Notes: generated by a model from the letters alone, not told the origin. Shown: positions 40,010 through 50,785, counted from the first letter of the stretch. The stretch: DNA of 64,000 bases from an uncultured Flavobacteriaceae bacterium (GCA_905182295.1 CAJJAZ010000004.1:77854-141853), one strand, 5' to 3'. A program made the numbers and translations.

Positions 40010-40642
40010 GTGAAACAATTTAAAGTGTCAGATTTAGAGGAACTTCCATCGAGATATAGGGCAAACCTCATAAACAGTTGCACTGGATATAAATCATTAA
40101 ATCTAATAGGCACACAAGACAGTGATGGGAATAAAAATCTGGCTATTTTTAACTCTATCATTCACCTTGGTAGTAACCCAGCGCTGATAGGTTTCACATT
40201 TAGACCACTCACTGTTCAAAGAGATACCTATAAAAACATTAAAGAAACTGGTGTATTTACAGTAAACCATGTTCAAGAGGTCTTTATAGACAAAGCCCAC
40301 CAAACCGCTGCAAAATACCCTACAAATACTTCTGAATTTGACGCAGCAGGGTTAGAAGCTGAATACCTTGAGGGTACTCTAGCGCCCTTTGTAAAAGAGA
40401 GTAATATTAAGTACAGCTGCACTTATGTGAATGAATATCCCATCATTGAAAATGGATGTATTATGGTTGTTGGAGCTATAAATGCGCTTTATTTGAATGA
40501 GTCATTTATTGCTCCTGATGGTTGGATCGATTTAGTAAAAGCCAATAGCATAGCAGGAATTGGAATTGACGGATATGTTAAAGGAGTTGCACCCATTAGA
40601 TACGAATACGCCAAACCAGAAACAAAGCCACAAAAAAAATAA
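40010..40642 (+). CDS. Flavin reductase family protein
   Basis: [38 protein letters not shown]; GTG start; -7 box TATATTTG 39982-39989. Confidence 0.88.
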   Translation: MKQFKVSDLEELPSRYRANLINSCTGYKSLNLIGTQDSDGNKNLAIFNSIIHLGSNPALIGFTFRPLTVQRDTYKNIKETGVFTVNHVQEVFIDKAHQTAAKYPTNTSEFDAAGLEAEYLEGTLAPFVKESNIKYSCTYVNEYPIIENGCIMVVGAINALYLNESFIAPDGWIDLVKANSIAGIGIDGYVKGVAPIRYEYAKPETKPQKK

Positions 40643-40643
40643 G

Positions 40644-40787
40644 GTGCATAAAAAGACCTTACTTCCTTCTAAAGTTTGCACCGTGTGTCAGAGGCCATTT
40701 AATTGGAGAAAGAAATGGGAAAAAAACTGGGATGAAGTGCGTTACTGCTCTGAAAAATGCAAAAGAAATAAAAAACAAAGTGTATGA
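40644..40787 (+). CDS. DUF2256 domain small Cys-rich protein
   Basis: [31 protein letters not shown]; probable GTG start at 40644. Confidence 0.88.
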   Translation: MHKKTLLPSKVCTVCQRPFNWRKKWEKNWDEVRYCSEKCKRNKKQSV

Positions 40788-42067
40788 AATCTATTGTATG
40801 GTTTACAAACAACCTTAGGGTTACTGACCACCCTTTACTCACTGCGGCCTGTGAAAACAATGCAAATGAAGTTATGGCCGTTTATTGTTTAAATCCTGAG
40901 AAATTAAAGGGAGATTTACCTAAAATTGGTCCATTCAGGGCCAAATTTATCGTAGAATCATTGTTGGATTTAAAGCAAAGTTTAGAAGAGCTAAATATTC
41001 CATTTGCTATTCTTATAGGGGAACCAGCCAAACGATTGCCCGAATATATTAATGAAAATAATTTTGGCACATTGTACTTTCAAAAGGTATGGCACGAGGA
41101 AGAGGTTTTAATAAATAAAGAAATAGAAGCTCAGATTTCACCAAACACTCAGCTGGTAAGTCTTTACGATCAATTTTTATTGGGACCCGAATTAATCCCT
41201 TTTGAATTATACAAACTCCCTAAAGTCTTTACGCCATTTAGAAAAAAAATAGAAGCGACTTTAAAAGTTCCCGCACCGCTGGCTGTTCCAGCTAAACAAA
41301 CAAATACCTCAAACACTCCCTTGTTTTATTCCGACGCCCTTTGGCCATCTATTTCAAAAGAATTACTTTTTTTAAAAATAGATTCAAGATCTGCTTTTCC
41401 ATTCAGCGGTGGAGAAAAGGCGGCACAAGCACGAATAGATCATTATTTCTTTAGTACGGATCATGTGGCCCAATACAAAGAGACTCGCAATGGATTAATT
41501 GGATTAGACTACAGCACTAAATTATCTGCTTGGCTTGCCAATGGTTGTATATCTGCAAGAACTGTGTGCCACCAACTCATTACATATGAAAAAACAGTTC
41601 AAGCGAACGAAAGTACTTATTGGGTACTCTTTGAGCTTCTATGGAGGGAGTTTTTTAAATATGTGGGGCTAAAACATAAAAATGAACTTTTTAAGAGTGG
41701 TGGAATTAACCATAAATCTTTTGCGAAAGGAGACAACCCTAAAGTATATGATACATGGAAAAATGGCACCACGCATAGTGCTTTTATCAATGCCAATATG
41801 AAGGAATTGGCTCAAACGGGCTGGATGAGTAATAGAGGCAGACAAAATGTGGCCAGCTATTGGTCAAAGACATTGGATCAGGACTGGAGAAAAGGAGCCA
41901 CCTACTTTGAAAGTCAATTGATAGACTACGATGTAGACAGTAATTGGGCCAATTGGATGTATACTAGTGGAGTAGGAAATGATCCAAGGGATCGGATTTT
42001 TAATCCCGAAAGACAAGCAGATATGTACGACCCTCAAAAGGCATTCCAACAGCTCTGGAATAAATAA
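40784..42067 (+). CDS. DASH family cryptochrome/photolyase
   Basis: [51 protein letters not shown]. Confidence 0.93.
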   Translation: MKSIVWFTNNLRVTDHPLLTAACENNANEVMAVYCLNPEKLKGDLPKIGPFRAKFIVESLLDLKQSLEELNIPFAILIGEPAKRLPEYINENNFGTLYFQKVWHEEEVLINKEIEAQISPNTQLVSLYDQFLLGPELIPFELYKLPKVFTPFRKKIEATLKVPAPLAVPAKQTNTSNTPLFYSDALWPSISKELLFLKIDSRSAFPFSGGEKAAQARIDHYFFSTDHVAQYKETRNGLIGLDYSTKLSAWLANGCISARTVCHQLITYEKTVQANESTYWVLFELLWREFFKYVGLKHKNELFKSGGINHKSFAKGDNPKVYDTWKNGTTHSAFINANMKELAQTGWMSNRGRQNVASYWSKTLDQDWRKGATYFESQLIDYDVDSNWANWMYTSGVGNDPRDRIFNPERQADMYDPQKAFQQLWNK

Positions 42068-42115
42068 CGTTAAAAAAAGTAAGCCAATTCTACCATTCAA
42101 ATAACGACCTGAGAT

Positions 42116-43660
42116 ATGTCAGATACAAAAAAACTTAGATTCATTTTAGGGGATCAGCTCAATTTATCGCACAGTTGGTTTAAAGAAGTGAATAAGCAGA
42201 CGTTATATCTCATGGTGGAAATGAGGCAAGAAACGGATTATGTGACCCACCATATCCAAAAAGTAGTAGGCTTTTTTGCAGCTATGCGTGAATTTGCATC
42301 GGCCGTTAAGGCCATAGGCCACAAAATCATATACATTAATATTGACCAAGCTGAAGCCAAAGAGGATTTAGAAAAATTAATCCATGCATATATTAAAAGC
42401 CACGGGATTGGTTTATTTGAATACCAAGAACCCGATGAGTATAGGCTAGATTTACAATTTCAATCCATTTGCAACGATTTAGATATTCCCACTAAATCAT
42501 ATTCAACAGAACATTTCTACACAGACAGAAAGCGTTTAAAAGACTTTTTTGAGGGAAAGAAACAGCTGATCATGGAGCCTTTTTACAGGCAAATGAGAAA
42601 AGAGCATCAGATTTTAATGACGCCTGAAGGACCGCTTGGAGGGAAATGGAATTACGACCAAGAGAATAGAAAAAAATGGAAGGGACAAATTCCTGTGCCC
42701 ACTGGTTTTCCAGTTTCAAATAACCTCTTAGAAATATATGAAAGTATTCAATCGCAATCCATCCAGACCATTGGCTCCATAGATGCTAGTCAATTTAATT
42801 GGCCCATAAACAAAAATCAAGCACAACAAATACTGGATTATTTTTGTGAGAACCTCCTTCCCTATTTTGGCGATTTTCAAGACGCTATGCACACCCAAGA
42901 AAAATTTCTTTTTCATTCTAGACTGTCTTTTGCTTTAAACTCAAAAATCATCAGTCCAAAAGAAGTGGTGGATCAGGTATTAAAGACTTATTATGGGCAA
43001 AAAGAAGATATAATAAGCTTAAATCAGGTAGAAGGCTTTGTGAGACAGATTTTGGGATGGAGAGAATATATGAGGGGGATTTACTGGAGAGAAATGCCTG
43101 GTTATGCAAAAAAGAATGCCCTAGATAACCACGGAAAGCTTCCTGATTTTTACTGGACAGCAGAAACCAAAATGAATTGTATGCACCAGTCTATTAAGCA
43201 AAGCCTTGAGCATAGTTACGCCCACCACATCCAACGGCTCATGGTTACTGGAAACTACGCTTTACTCACACAAACCCATCCCGATGAGGTAGATAAATGG
43301 TATCTAGGCATTTACATAGACGCCATTGAGTGGGTAGAAATGCCCAACACAAGGGGGATGAGTCAGTTTGCAGATGGTGGCTTATTGGCCACAAAACCCT
43401 ATGTAAGTAGCGGGAATTACATCCAAAAAATGGGCAATTATTGTGAGGGCTGCCAGTACAATCACAAAGAAAAAATAGGGAAAGATGCCTGTCCTTTTAA
43501 TTCTTTATACTGGAACTTCTTAGATGAAAAGAAGGCTTATTTTGAGAAAAATAATCGGATGGCTATGATGCTCTCCCTTTTGAAAAAAATGAATCCAAAT
43601 GATCTTAAGGAACTAAAAAAAAGGGCTTCCCATATTATAGAAAACCCTTCAGAATATTAA
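42116..43660 (+). CDS. FeS-cluster bacterial cryptochrome/(6-4) photolyase (PhrB/CryB type)
   Basis: LGDQL, HHIQK, GGKWNYD.ENR, RQILGWREY, YAHHIQRLM, TKPY, Cys ligands C...YCEGC...ACPFN. Confidence 0.93.
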   Translation: MSDTKKLRFILGDQLNLSHSWFKEVNKQTLYLMVEMRQETDYVTHHIQKVVGFFAAMREFASAVKAIGHKIIYINIDQAEAKEDLEKLIHAYIKSHGIGLFEYQEPDEYRLDLQFQSICNDLDIPTKSYSTEHFYTDRKRLKDFFEGKKQLIMEPFYRQMRKEHQILMTPEGPLGGKWNYDQENRKKWKGQIPVPTGFPVSNNLLEIYESIQSQSIQTIGSIDASQFNWPINKNQAQQILDYFCENLLPYFGDFQDAMHTQEKFLFHSRLSFALNSKIISPKEVVDQVLKTYYGQKEDIISLNQVEGFVRQILGWREYMRGIYWREMPGYAKKNALDNHGKLPDFYWTAETKMNCMHQSIKQSLEHSYAHHIQRLMVTGNYALLTQTHPDEVDKWYLGIYIDAIEWVEMPNTRGMSQFADGGLLATKPYVSSGNYIQKMGNYCEGCQYNHKEKIGKDACPFNSLYWNFLDEKKAYFEKNNRMAMMLSLLKKMNPNDLKELKKRASHIIENPSEY

Positions 43661-43690
43661 AAACCCTTCAGAATAATAAAACCCTTCAGA
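43641..43690. repeat. Three tandem copies of AAAACCCTTCAGA spanning the photolyase stop codon
   Basis: Copies start at 43641, 43660 and 43678. Confidence 0.9.
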
Positions 43691-43706
43691 GAATGGGTGA
43701 GATAAA

Positions 43707-44252
43707 TTACAACATGGCGTCTACAATACCGTAGGCCAAGCTTTCTTCTGCATTCATCCAGTAGTCACGGTCAAAATCTTTCATGACCTTGTCTACTTTC
43801 TGACCACAGTTATCTGCTAAAATTTGAGCACTCAACTCCCTTGTTTTTATTATTTCTCTAGCTTGAATCTCTATATTAGAAGCCTGTCCTCTAGCACCAC
43901 CACTTGGCTGGTGAATCATTACTTGTGCATGTGGTTGCATAAAACGCCTTCCTTTGGCTCCTGCAGACAACAAAATTGAACCCATTGAAGCAGCCAAACC
44001 ACTACAAAGAGTAGATACAGGACTTTTTAGGGATTTTATAGTGTCGTATATCGCAAAACCAGAAGTCACATAACCACCAGGGCTATTGATCACCAATTGT
44101 ATTTCATTGCTGTTTTGTAGGTCTAAATACAACAATCTGTCTATGACATGTTTTGCAGAGGCGTCGTCTACTTGTCCCCACAAAAATACTTTGCGCTCTT
44201 CTAAAAACTTTTCTTCAATTAGTTCTTGTACTTTTCCTTTCTTGGCACTCAT
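43707..44252 (-). CDS. clpP: ClpP family protease subunit
   Basis: INSPGG, GLAASMG, MIHQP, DFDRDYWM.AEE...YGIVD. Confidence 0.93.
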   Translation of the reverse strand: MSAKKGKVQELIEEKFLEERKVFLWGQVDDASAKHVIDRLLYLDLQNSNEIQLVINSPGGYVTSGFAIYDTIKSLKSPVSTLCSGLAASMGSILLSAGAKGRRFMQPHAQVMIHQPSGGARGQASNIEIQAREIIKTRELSAQILADNCGQKVDKVMKDFDRDYWMNAEESLAYGIVDAML

Positions 44253-44335
44253 AATTCGTATTTATATTTTTCAAAATTACATAATTTAAGGATAATGTCC
44301 CCTCAAATAAAAGCCTTGTTTTTAATTAATTGACC

Positions 44336-45493
44336 TTAGGCTATAACCGTATTTTTCTTTCTGAGAAAATAGGCCAAAATAAGGACGAGTAGCACACTGA
44401 TTAACAAACTTAAAAAGCCCACCGATAATCCAAAATTTTCAGACACTACGCCTAAAACCACTGGAGTTAATAAAAAGCCTGAATACCCAAATCCAGCGAC
44501 TACAGACATGGCTTTGGTAGGGTCTATAGTCTTTGATTGACCGGCTATTCTAAATACTTCAGGAATGACTACTGAGAAACCTAAGCCATTTAAGGCAAAT
44601 CCGATGAGTGCTAAGTAAGTGTTTCCACTAAGGACTAAAAAATAACCTATTCCAGCTATTAAAGCCCCTAAAGCAATAATTTGAACACTGCCAAAACGTT
44701 TGCTCCACTGGTCTCCAAAAAAACGGGCTATGGTCATACACAAGGAAAAGAGAAAGAAGCCTCCTCCTACTAAATACTCCGGCGCTAGGGCTACTTCCTG
44801 AAGGTATAAGGCACTCCAGTCTACTATGGCTCCCTCAGAACCCATCACTATAAAAGAAATCCCTCCAAGGAGTATAAATGGTTTTATATGTCTTAGAGAA
44901 ACAGAAGATTTTGGTAGTACTACAGCCTTTATTGATTGGTAGGCAGGATAGAAATACAGGTTCACCAAAACCACTACAACCAATACGAAAAACATATGCA
45001 TTACAGGATTATTTAGCCAAGCAATTCCAAAACTTCCCAAGCCTGCAAAGACACCTCCCAAGCTAAAAAAACCGTGGGTAGCAGTCATAACGCTTTCTCC
45101 GTCTTCCTTCTCTATATGAGCCACTAACCCGTTCATAGCAATGTCTGTGAAACCTTGGGCTGCACCCAATAAAAACAAAGCGATAATCAGTTGTGGATAA
45201 GAAGGTGCTAAAAAAGGAAATAAAGCGGTACTTACGATACATAAAACACCCAATCCTGTGCTCTTTCCAACCCCAAAGTATCTAATCAAACGAGACGCAA
45301 AGGGCAAAACAGAAAAAGTTCCTAAAGCCAAACAAAAAATTGCCAAGCCCAAGGCAGATTTATTAATATCTAACTGGGTTTTTACGGTAGGTATATAAAT
45401 GGCCCATGTGCCAAATACAAAATTCAAACTGGCAAAAACTAGGGCGGGGCCCAAGTAACGTTTGCTAGAAAAAAGGCGTTTTATACTATTCAT
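44336..45493 (-). CDS. MFS transporter
   Basis: About 12 TM helices; DIAMN, HGFFSLG, EGAIVDWSALY, RFFGD. Confidence 0.9.
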   Translation of the reverse strand: MNSIKRLFSSKRYLGPALVFASLNFVFGTWAIYIPTVKTQLDINKSALGLAIFCLALGTFSVLPFASRLIRYFGVGKSTGLGVLCIVSTALFPFLAPSYPQLIIALFLLGAAQGFTDIAMNGLVAHIEKEDGESVMTATHGFFSLGGVFAGLGSFGIAWLNNPVMHMFFVLVVVVLVNLYFYPAYQSIKAVVLPKSSVSLRHIKPFILLGGISFIVMGSEGAIVDWSALYLQEVALAPEYLVGGGFFLFSLCMTIARFFGDQWSKRFGSVQIIALGALIAGIGYFLVLSGNTYLALIGFALNGLGFSVVIPEVFRIAGQSKTIDPTKAMSVVAGFGYSGFLLTPVVLGVVSENFGLSVGFLSLLISVLLVLILAYFLRKKNTVIA

Positions 45494-45504
45494 TACAAGC
45501 GCTC

Positions 45505-46782
45505 TTATGCCAAAACAGCTTTATTAATTCCTTCTTTTAATCGCTCTCCTAAAGTATGGATGTCTTTAAAGCTATTGTACAGCGGTACTGGCGCAAAGCG
45601 CATGACATTGGGCTCTCGCCAATCCGTGACCACCCCTTGAGACATTAAATAGTCAAAAATAGCCCTTCCGTGTTCGTGGAAATACACGGAGAGTTGTGAC
45701 CCCCTGTGCTCAGGAGTCAAGATTAAAATATCAAATGGTGCCGTAGCGGCTACAGATTCAATAACAAAGGACATATAACTTACTAAGCGTGACTGCTTAG
45801 ACCACAAATCTTCTTGAGGCACTGTTTTAAAAATATCTAAAGAAGCTAAAAAAGGGGCCATTGCTAAAATGGCTGCATTACTCACTTGCCATGCGTCAGC
45901 ATTGTCCATAGGCGTAAAATTAGGCTCCATTTTAAAGCGAAGCCCTTTCTCAGTACCCCACCAACCTTCAAATCTAGGAAGGTCCGTTCTGTTCAGATAT
46001 TGCTCATTTATATAAATAGCAGCCGCATTTCCTGGCCCTGAATTCAAATATTTATAACTACACCAACTGGCAAAATCTACGCCCCAATTATGAAGCTGTA
46101 AAGGGACATTACCCACTGCATGGGCCAAATCCCATCCTACAAATGCACCCTGCTCTTTTGCCTTTGCAGTAATACTTTTCATAGGAAAAACCTGCCCATT
46201 GTAATAATTCACCCCACCCATGAGCACCAAAGCCAATGAATCTCCATGTAGGGCTATAGCCTCTAGCAAATCTTCTTCTCTCCAAGCATTTTCTCCTGGG
46301 CGTTTCTTTACCGTAACAATAGCAGTCTCTGGATCATAGCCGTGAAACTTCACTTGGCTTTGAAGCATATATTGGTCTGAAGGGAAAGCCTTTTCCTCAC
46401 ACAATATCTTAAATCGCTTTGGGCTAGGTCTATAAAAAGACACCATTAAAAAATGAAGATTCACCGTTAAAGTATTCATCACTGAAACCTCAGGTATTTT
46501 AGCGCCTACCAATGAAGCTAAAGGAGCAGCCAATCTTTCGTGATATTCCCACCAAGGTTCCTTGGAATAAAAATGCCCTTCTACCGCCATAGTCTCCCAA
46601 TCTTTCATAACCCTTTCTACATAAGCTCGGGCAGACTTAGGCTGTAAGCCTAAGGAATTACCGGTAAAGTAAGCCACCTCAGCCCCATTTTGGGTTGGGA
46701 TATGAAACAAATCCCTGTGAGATTTAAGCGGATCTAAAGCGTCTAATTCTAAGGCGAAATCCAATTGATTTGAAAAATTCAT
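45505..46782 (-). CDS. kynU: Kynureninase
   Basis: YFTGNSLGLQP, MNTLTVNLH, FPSD.Y, GWDLAHAVGN, WCSYKYLNSGPG, DWREP. Confidence 0.95.
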   Translation of the reverse strand: MNFSNQLDFALELDALDPLKSHRDLFHIPTQNGAEVAYFTGNSLGLQPKSARAYVERVMKDWETMAVEGHFYSKEPWWEYHERLAAPLASLVGAKIPEVSVMNTLTVNLHFLMVSFYRPSPKRFKILCEEKAFPSDQYMLQSQVKFHGYDPETAIVTVKKRPGENAWREEDLLEAIALHGDSLALVLMGGVNYYNGQVFPMKSITAKAKEQGAFVGWDLAHAVGNVPLQLHNWGVDFASWCSYKYLNSGPGNAAAIYINEQYLNRTDLPRFEGWWGTEKGLRFKMEPNFTPMDNADAWQVSNAAILAMAPFLASLDIFKTVPQEDLWSKQSRLVSYMSFVIESVAATAPFDILILTPEHRGSQLSVYFHEHGRAIFDYLMSQGVVTDWREPNVMRFAPVPLYNSFKDIHTLGERLKEGINKAVLA

Positions 46783-46888
46783 GGCAAAATAATTAAAGAC
46801 CTAAAATACAATTAATAGGGAGAATAAAAAGGAATTAGTCTCGCTTCTAAAAAGGTGTATTTTTGTAAAAACTTTGTAAAAATAGTCC

Positions 46889-47530
46889 ATGCACTTTTTA
46901 TCAGACACTTTAGAGAAATATATTGAGCAGCATTCAGATGCAGAACCTATATTATTGCAAGAGCTCAGTAGAGAAACCCATGTTAAAGTCATTCAACCTA
47001 GAATGATTACAGGGCACTTTCAAGGGAGGTTTTTGAGTCTTTTATCTAAGATACAGGCGCCAAAAAAAATACTTGAAATTGGTACCTATACTGGGTATTC
47101 TGCCCTTTGCTTGGCAGAGGGGCTAGCAAAAGATGGGGCCCTTCATACCATTGAAGTAAACCCAGAATTAGCCGCGATTCAAAAAAAGTATTTTGACAAG
47201 AGTGATTATTCCGCTCAGATCATGACCTATATTGGAGACGCATTAAATATTATTCCAACACTAGAAGGCCCTTTTGACTTGGTATTTATAGATGCGGAGA
47301 AAAAACAATACGACGCTTATTTTGAGGCAGTGATTAAAAAATCTAAACCAGGTACGGTTATTCTATCTGACAATGTGCTTTGGACCGGTAAAGTGTTGGA
47401 GCCGTTAGACCCTAAAGACAAGACGACCAAAGTGCTTCTGGACTACAACAAAAAACTAGCAGAAGACCCTCGCGTTCAAACCTCGTTATTGCCCATAAGA
47501 GATGGACTTACGATGAGTAGGGTGCTTTAA
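46889..47530 (+). CDS. O-methyltransferase (caffeoyl-CoA OMT-like)
   Basis: LEIGTYTGYSA, DLVFIDAEK, DNVLW.G, PIRDG. Confidence 0.93.
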   Translation: MHFLSDTLEKYIEQHSDAEPILLQELSRETHVKVIQPRMITGHFQGRFLSLLSKIQAPKKILEIGTYTGYSALCLAEGLAKDGALHTIEVNPELAAIQKKYFDKSDYSAQIMTYIGDALNIIPTLEGPFDLVFIDAEKKQYDAYFEAVIKKSKPGTVILSDNVLWTGKVLEPLDPKDKTTKVLLDYNKKLAEDPRVQTSLLPIRDGLTMSRVL

Positions 47531-48092
47531 AAGGAGTGAAAAAGGACTGTTTGGATATCATTTGCCAACGATAAAACAAGTAGGCGAAACCACTGCCAAT
47601 CAATGCCCCTGCAATGCTATCTAATGGATAATGCACCCCAATGTAAATTCTGCTATAGCTATACAACAGTGCCCATATATAAAATAGATATACCCATGGT
47701 TTCATTTTTCCCAGAAGTAGGCAAAGAAAGGTAACTATTGCAAAAGAGCTCGCCGCGTGCCCAGAGAAAAAACTGTAGCCACTAATAGGCTTAAGGGCCC
47801 TAATATCATATACCATATCTAATAATTGATGGGGTCTTGGCCTTGCTACCGTGTATTTTATGAAAAATCCCACTAAAGCGACCGTTAAAATCATTAAAAA
47901 GGCGGTCCAAATAGTATTGTAAAACCTATTCCTTTCCGCTGAAATAAAAGCCAACCAGATAAAATAGATAAAAAGTGGTATCCAAAGACTACTCAAAGTA
48001 ATGGTGAGAAAGAAAGCGTCCCAGGATGTATTGCCAGCGTTGTTGAGAAATACAAACAGATCACGGTCCCAATCAATGAGCTGCTGATACAT
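47508..48092 (-). CDS. PAP2 family phosphatase
   Basis: K..VARPRP, SFFSGHA, SRIYIGVHYPLD. Confidence 0.92.
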   Translation of the reverse strand: MYQQLIDWDRDLFVFLNNAGNTSWDAFFLTITLSSLWIPLFIYFIWLAFISAERNRFYNTIWTAFLMILTVALVGFFIKYTVARPRPHQLLDMVYDIRALKPISGYSFFSGHAASSFAIVTFLCLLLGKMKPWVYLFYIWALLYSYSRIYIGVHYPLDSIAGALIGSGFAYLFYRWQMISKQSFFTPFKAPYSS

Positions 48093-48374
48093 TTAGTTCC
48101 TTTTTATACTTCCAGTCACATCACTCACCTGCTCTTTGACTTTGTCAATCTCTTGCTTAATGTCTTTAGCAAAACTAGTGTCTATTCCTTGTTTGTCTGC
48201 AGTCTTATAAATTTCCTGTTTAATGTCGTCCGTTGCGTCTTTGAGTTGACGCATACCTTTACCAAGGCCTCTGGCAATTTCTGGTATTTTATCTGCACCA
48301 AAAACCATGACCACAATAAACATGATGAAAAAAATTTCACCCCCGCTAATGAATAGAAAATACAACGCGTTCAT
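48093..48374 (-). CDS. tatA: Twin-arginine translocase TatA/TatB family subunit
   Basis: GGEI..I..IVVMVFGADKIPEIARGLGKGMR; start moved to ATG 48374, preceded by TATATTTG-ctct. Confidence 0.88.
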   Translation of the reverse strand: MNALYFLFISGGEIFFIMFIVVMVFGADKIPEIARGLGKGMRQLKDATDDIKQEIYKTADKQGIDTSFAKDIKQEIDKVKEQVSDVTGSIKRN

Positions 48375-48404
48375 AGAGCAAATATAAGGAGAAGTTTGAA
48401 AGCG

Positions 48405-48439
48405 AAATAAAAAAAGCCCCACCAAATTGGTGGGGCTTT
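48405..48439 (-). terminator. Intrinsic terminator after the M1 peptidase
   Basis: AAAGCCCCACC / GGTGGGGCTTT stem with a T run on the minus strand. Confidence 0.85.
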
Positions 48440-48475
48440 AAAATTTCTACCCATCTGGGTGTTGATTTCGTGTAT

Positions 48476-50785
48476 TTAATCTTTAATTCCGGCTTTGAAA
48501 GAATCAAACTCGGAACGAGCTTCTTCTTTAGGCCATGAATTGTTTGTAGTATCTATATCTGCAGTTTCTGCTTTCGGATCTACAACAATACCCACAATTT
48601 CTTTTTCTGTAGAAAGTACTGTTTTTACTTCTGCATCACTCTTTCTCCATATTTCTGCAGGATAAGTAATCGATTTTGTGGTTCCGTCTGCATAGGTGTA
48701 TTCAACAATAAGAGGCATTGGGATGCCACCTGGCTTGTTAAAAGTAACCTCATAAAAATACTTAGGTTCTTTTACTGCCGCTCTTTCACTCTGTGTCATA
48801 TTATCCATCATGAAAGCATTAAGTGTTTGAGAAGATTCAGAGGGCTTCTTTCCTTTTAATCCAGGATTGTAGTCTTCACTGTCTTCAGCTGCCAAATAAA
48901 CCAATGGAAGTAAATCTGCTTCAGTAATATTTCTAGCAGCCATATACTCACGCCTTTGCTTGGTTGGCTTATTACTTACATAATATTTCTTAACACCTTT
49001 TATCCCTATATCTACAAAATCAGTCGTGTAAAACCATCCCCTCCAGAAGTAGTCTAAATCTACCGCAGAAGCGTCTTCCATAGTTCTAAAGAAATCTTCC
49101 GGTGTTGGGTGCTTAAATTTCCACCGGTTGGCATATGTTTTAAAAGCATGGTCAAATAATTCCCTACCCATCACTGTTTCTCTTAAGATATTCAACGCTG
49201 TTGCTGGTTTCCCATAAGCATTTGGACCTAACTGGTACACATTTTCCGGATTAGACATAATAGGCGCAATAAAACTCTGGTCACCAGTCATATAAGGAAC
49301 AACTTTCGCTGGAGCACCTCTTCTAGAAGGATATGCTTCTAAAGGAGCAATCGCCTCTGGAAATGCTTCTCCAAATTCTTGTTCTGCCATGTATTGCATA
49401 AACGTATCTAAACCTTCATCCATCCATCCCCACTGACGCTCATCTGAGTTTACAATCATTGGGAAGAAGTTGTGGCCTACTTCATGAATAATTACAGAAA
49501 TCATTCCGTATTTAACTCCGTCTGAGTAGGTGCCATCTTCGTTTGGTCTTCCGTAATTCCAGCATATCATAGGATATTCCATCCCTTGGTTCTTAGCGTG
49601 AACAGAGATTGCCTTTGGATAAGGGTAATCAAAAGTATGAGAAGAGTAGGATTTTAAAGTAAGTGCAACTGCTTTAGTAGAGAACTCTTCCCACAGTGGA
49701 TTTCCTTCTTTTGGGTACATAGAAACAGCCATTACATCTCTATTTCCTAGCTTTACCGCTTGCATGTCCCAAATGAATTTTCTCGAGCTTGCAAATCCAA
49801 AATCTCTCACGTTTTCTGCTTTGAGCTTCCACGTTTTTGTTTTGTCAGAGAATCCTTTTTCAGCAGCCTCTGCTTCTTCTTGTGTAACAATTACAACAGG
49901 GGTGTCGTAAGATTTTTTAGCCTGGTTGTAACGCTTAATCATTTCCTTGGAGAATACTTCTTTCATATTCTGAAGCACTCCAGTTCCATCTAATATGTGG
50001 TCCGCAGGTACGGTAATATTTACTTCGTAGTCTCCAAAAGGAAGTGCAAACTCTCCACTTCCCCAAAACTGATGGTTTTGCCATCCTTCTACATCGCTGT
50101 AAACAGCCATTCTTGGAAAAAACTGTGCAATCACGTAAGCCCTATTTCCGTCTTTAGGAAAATACTCATAACCAGAACGTGCCCTGTCTGTTGTATGGTC
50201 TGGGATATTGTACCACCATTTAATAGAAAAAGATACCTGAGAATTAGCCGCCAAAGGTGTTGGTAAATCTACACGCATCATGGTTTGGTTAATGGTAAAA
50301 GGCAAAGATCTACCATTGGCATCTTTCACAAATTCAATATTAAAACCTCCGTCAAAAGATTCTTTCATATAAGAGGACACAAAAGATGCTGTTGTCGCAG
50401 TCAAACGCACTCCTCCTCCATCTCTAAGAGCAGACTTGGTGTCTTTGGTCCTCACGTTTTGATCCAATTGAACCCATAAAAATTCTAAAACATCTGGAGA
50501 GTTATTGGTATAGGTAATGGTCTCTTCTCCATATATTTTTGCATTCTTGTCGTCTAAGGTAATGTCCATTTTATAATCTGCTTGTTGCTGATAATAATTA
50601 GGACCCGGTGCACCTGAGGCAGACCTATATGAATTTGGCGTAGAAAACTCTTGGTAGAGTTGTCTAAATTTACTCTGGTTGGTATGCCCTCCCTCTTTCA
50701 CAGCATCTGCTTCTTGTGCTTGTGCAAAAGCAACAACAGCAAACAACATTAAAAAAGAAGTGAACACAAAAGTGATTTTTTTCAT
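48476..50785 (-). CDS. M1 family metallo-aminopeptidase, exported
   Basis: Signal peptide; GMEYPM, HEVGH...WMDEG, AYGKP. Confidence 0.93.
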   Translation of the reverse strand: MKKITFVFTSFLMLFAVVAFAQAQEADAVKEGGHTNQSKFRQLYQEFSTPNSYRSASGAPGPNYYQQQADYKMDITLDDKNAKIYGEETITYTNNSPDVLEFLWVQLDQNVRTKDTKSALRDGGGVRLTATTASFVSSYMKESFDGGFNIEFVKDANGRSLPFTINQTMMRVDLPTPLAANSQVSFSIKWWYNIPDHTTDRARSGYEYFPKDGNRAYVIAQFFPRMAVYSDVEGWQNHQFWGSGEFALPFGDYEVNITVPADHILDGTGVLQNMKEVFSKEMIKRYNQAKKSYDTPVVIVTQEEAEAAEKGFSDKTKTWKLKAENVRDFGFASSRKFIWDMQAVKLGNRDVMAVSMYPKEGNPLWEEFSTKAVALTLKSYSSHTFDYPYPKAISVHAKNQGMEYPMICWNYGRPNEDGTYSDGVKYGMISVIIHEVGHNFFPMIVNSDERQWGWMDEGLDTFMQYMAEQEFGEAFPEAIAPLEAYPSRRGAPAKVVPYMTGDQSFIAPIMSNPENVYQLGPNAYGKPATALNILRETVMGRELFDHAFKTYANRWKFKHPTPEDFFRTMEDASAVDLDYFWRGWFYTTDFVDIGIKGVKKYYVSNKPTKQRREYMAARNITEADLLPLVYLAAEDSEDYNPGLKGKKPSESSQTLNAFMMDNMTQSERAAVKEPKYFYEVTFNKPGGIPMPLIVEYTYADGTTKSITYPAEIWRKSDAEVKTVLSTEKEIVGIVVDPKAETADIDTTNNSWPKEEARSEFDSFKAGIKD

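Noticed and set aside
40003-40023. Mini-ORF MKSETI* overlapping the flavin reductase GTG start
   Set aside because: Six codons, expected by chance in AT-rich DNA; no evidence for regulation or frameshifting
45505-46782. Functional link between kynU and the trp operon
   Set aside because: 34 kb apart, with no other kynurenine-pathway genes or shared regulatory motif visible
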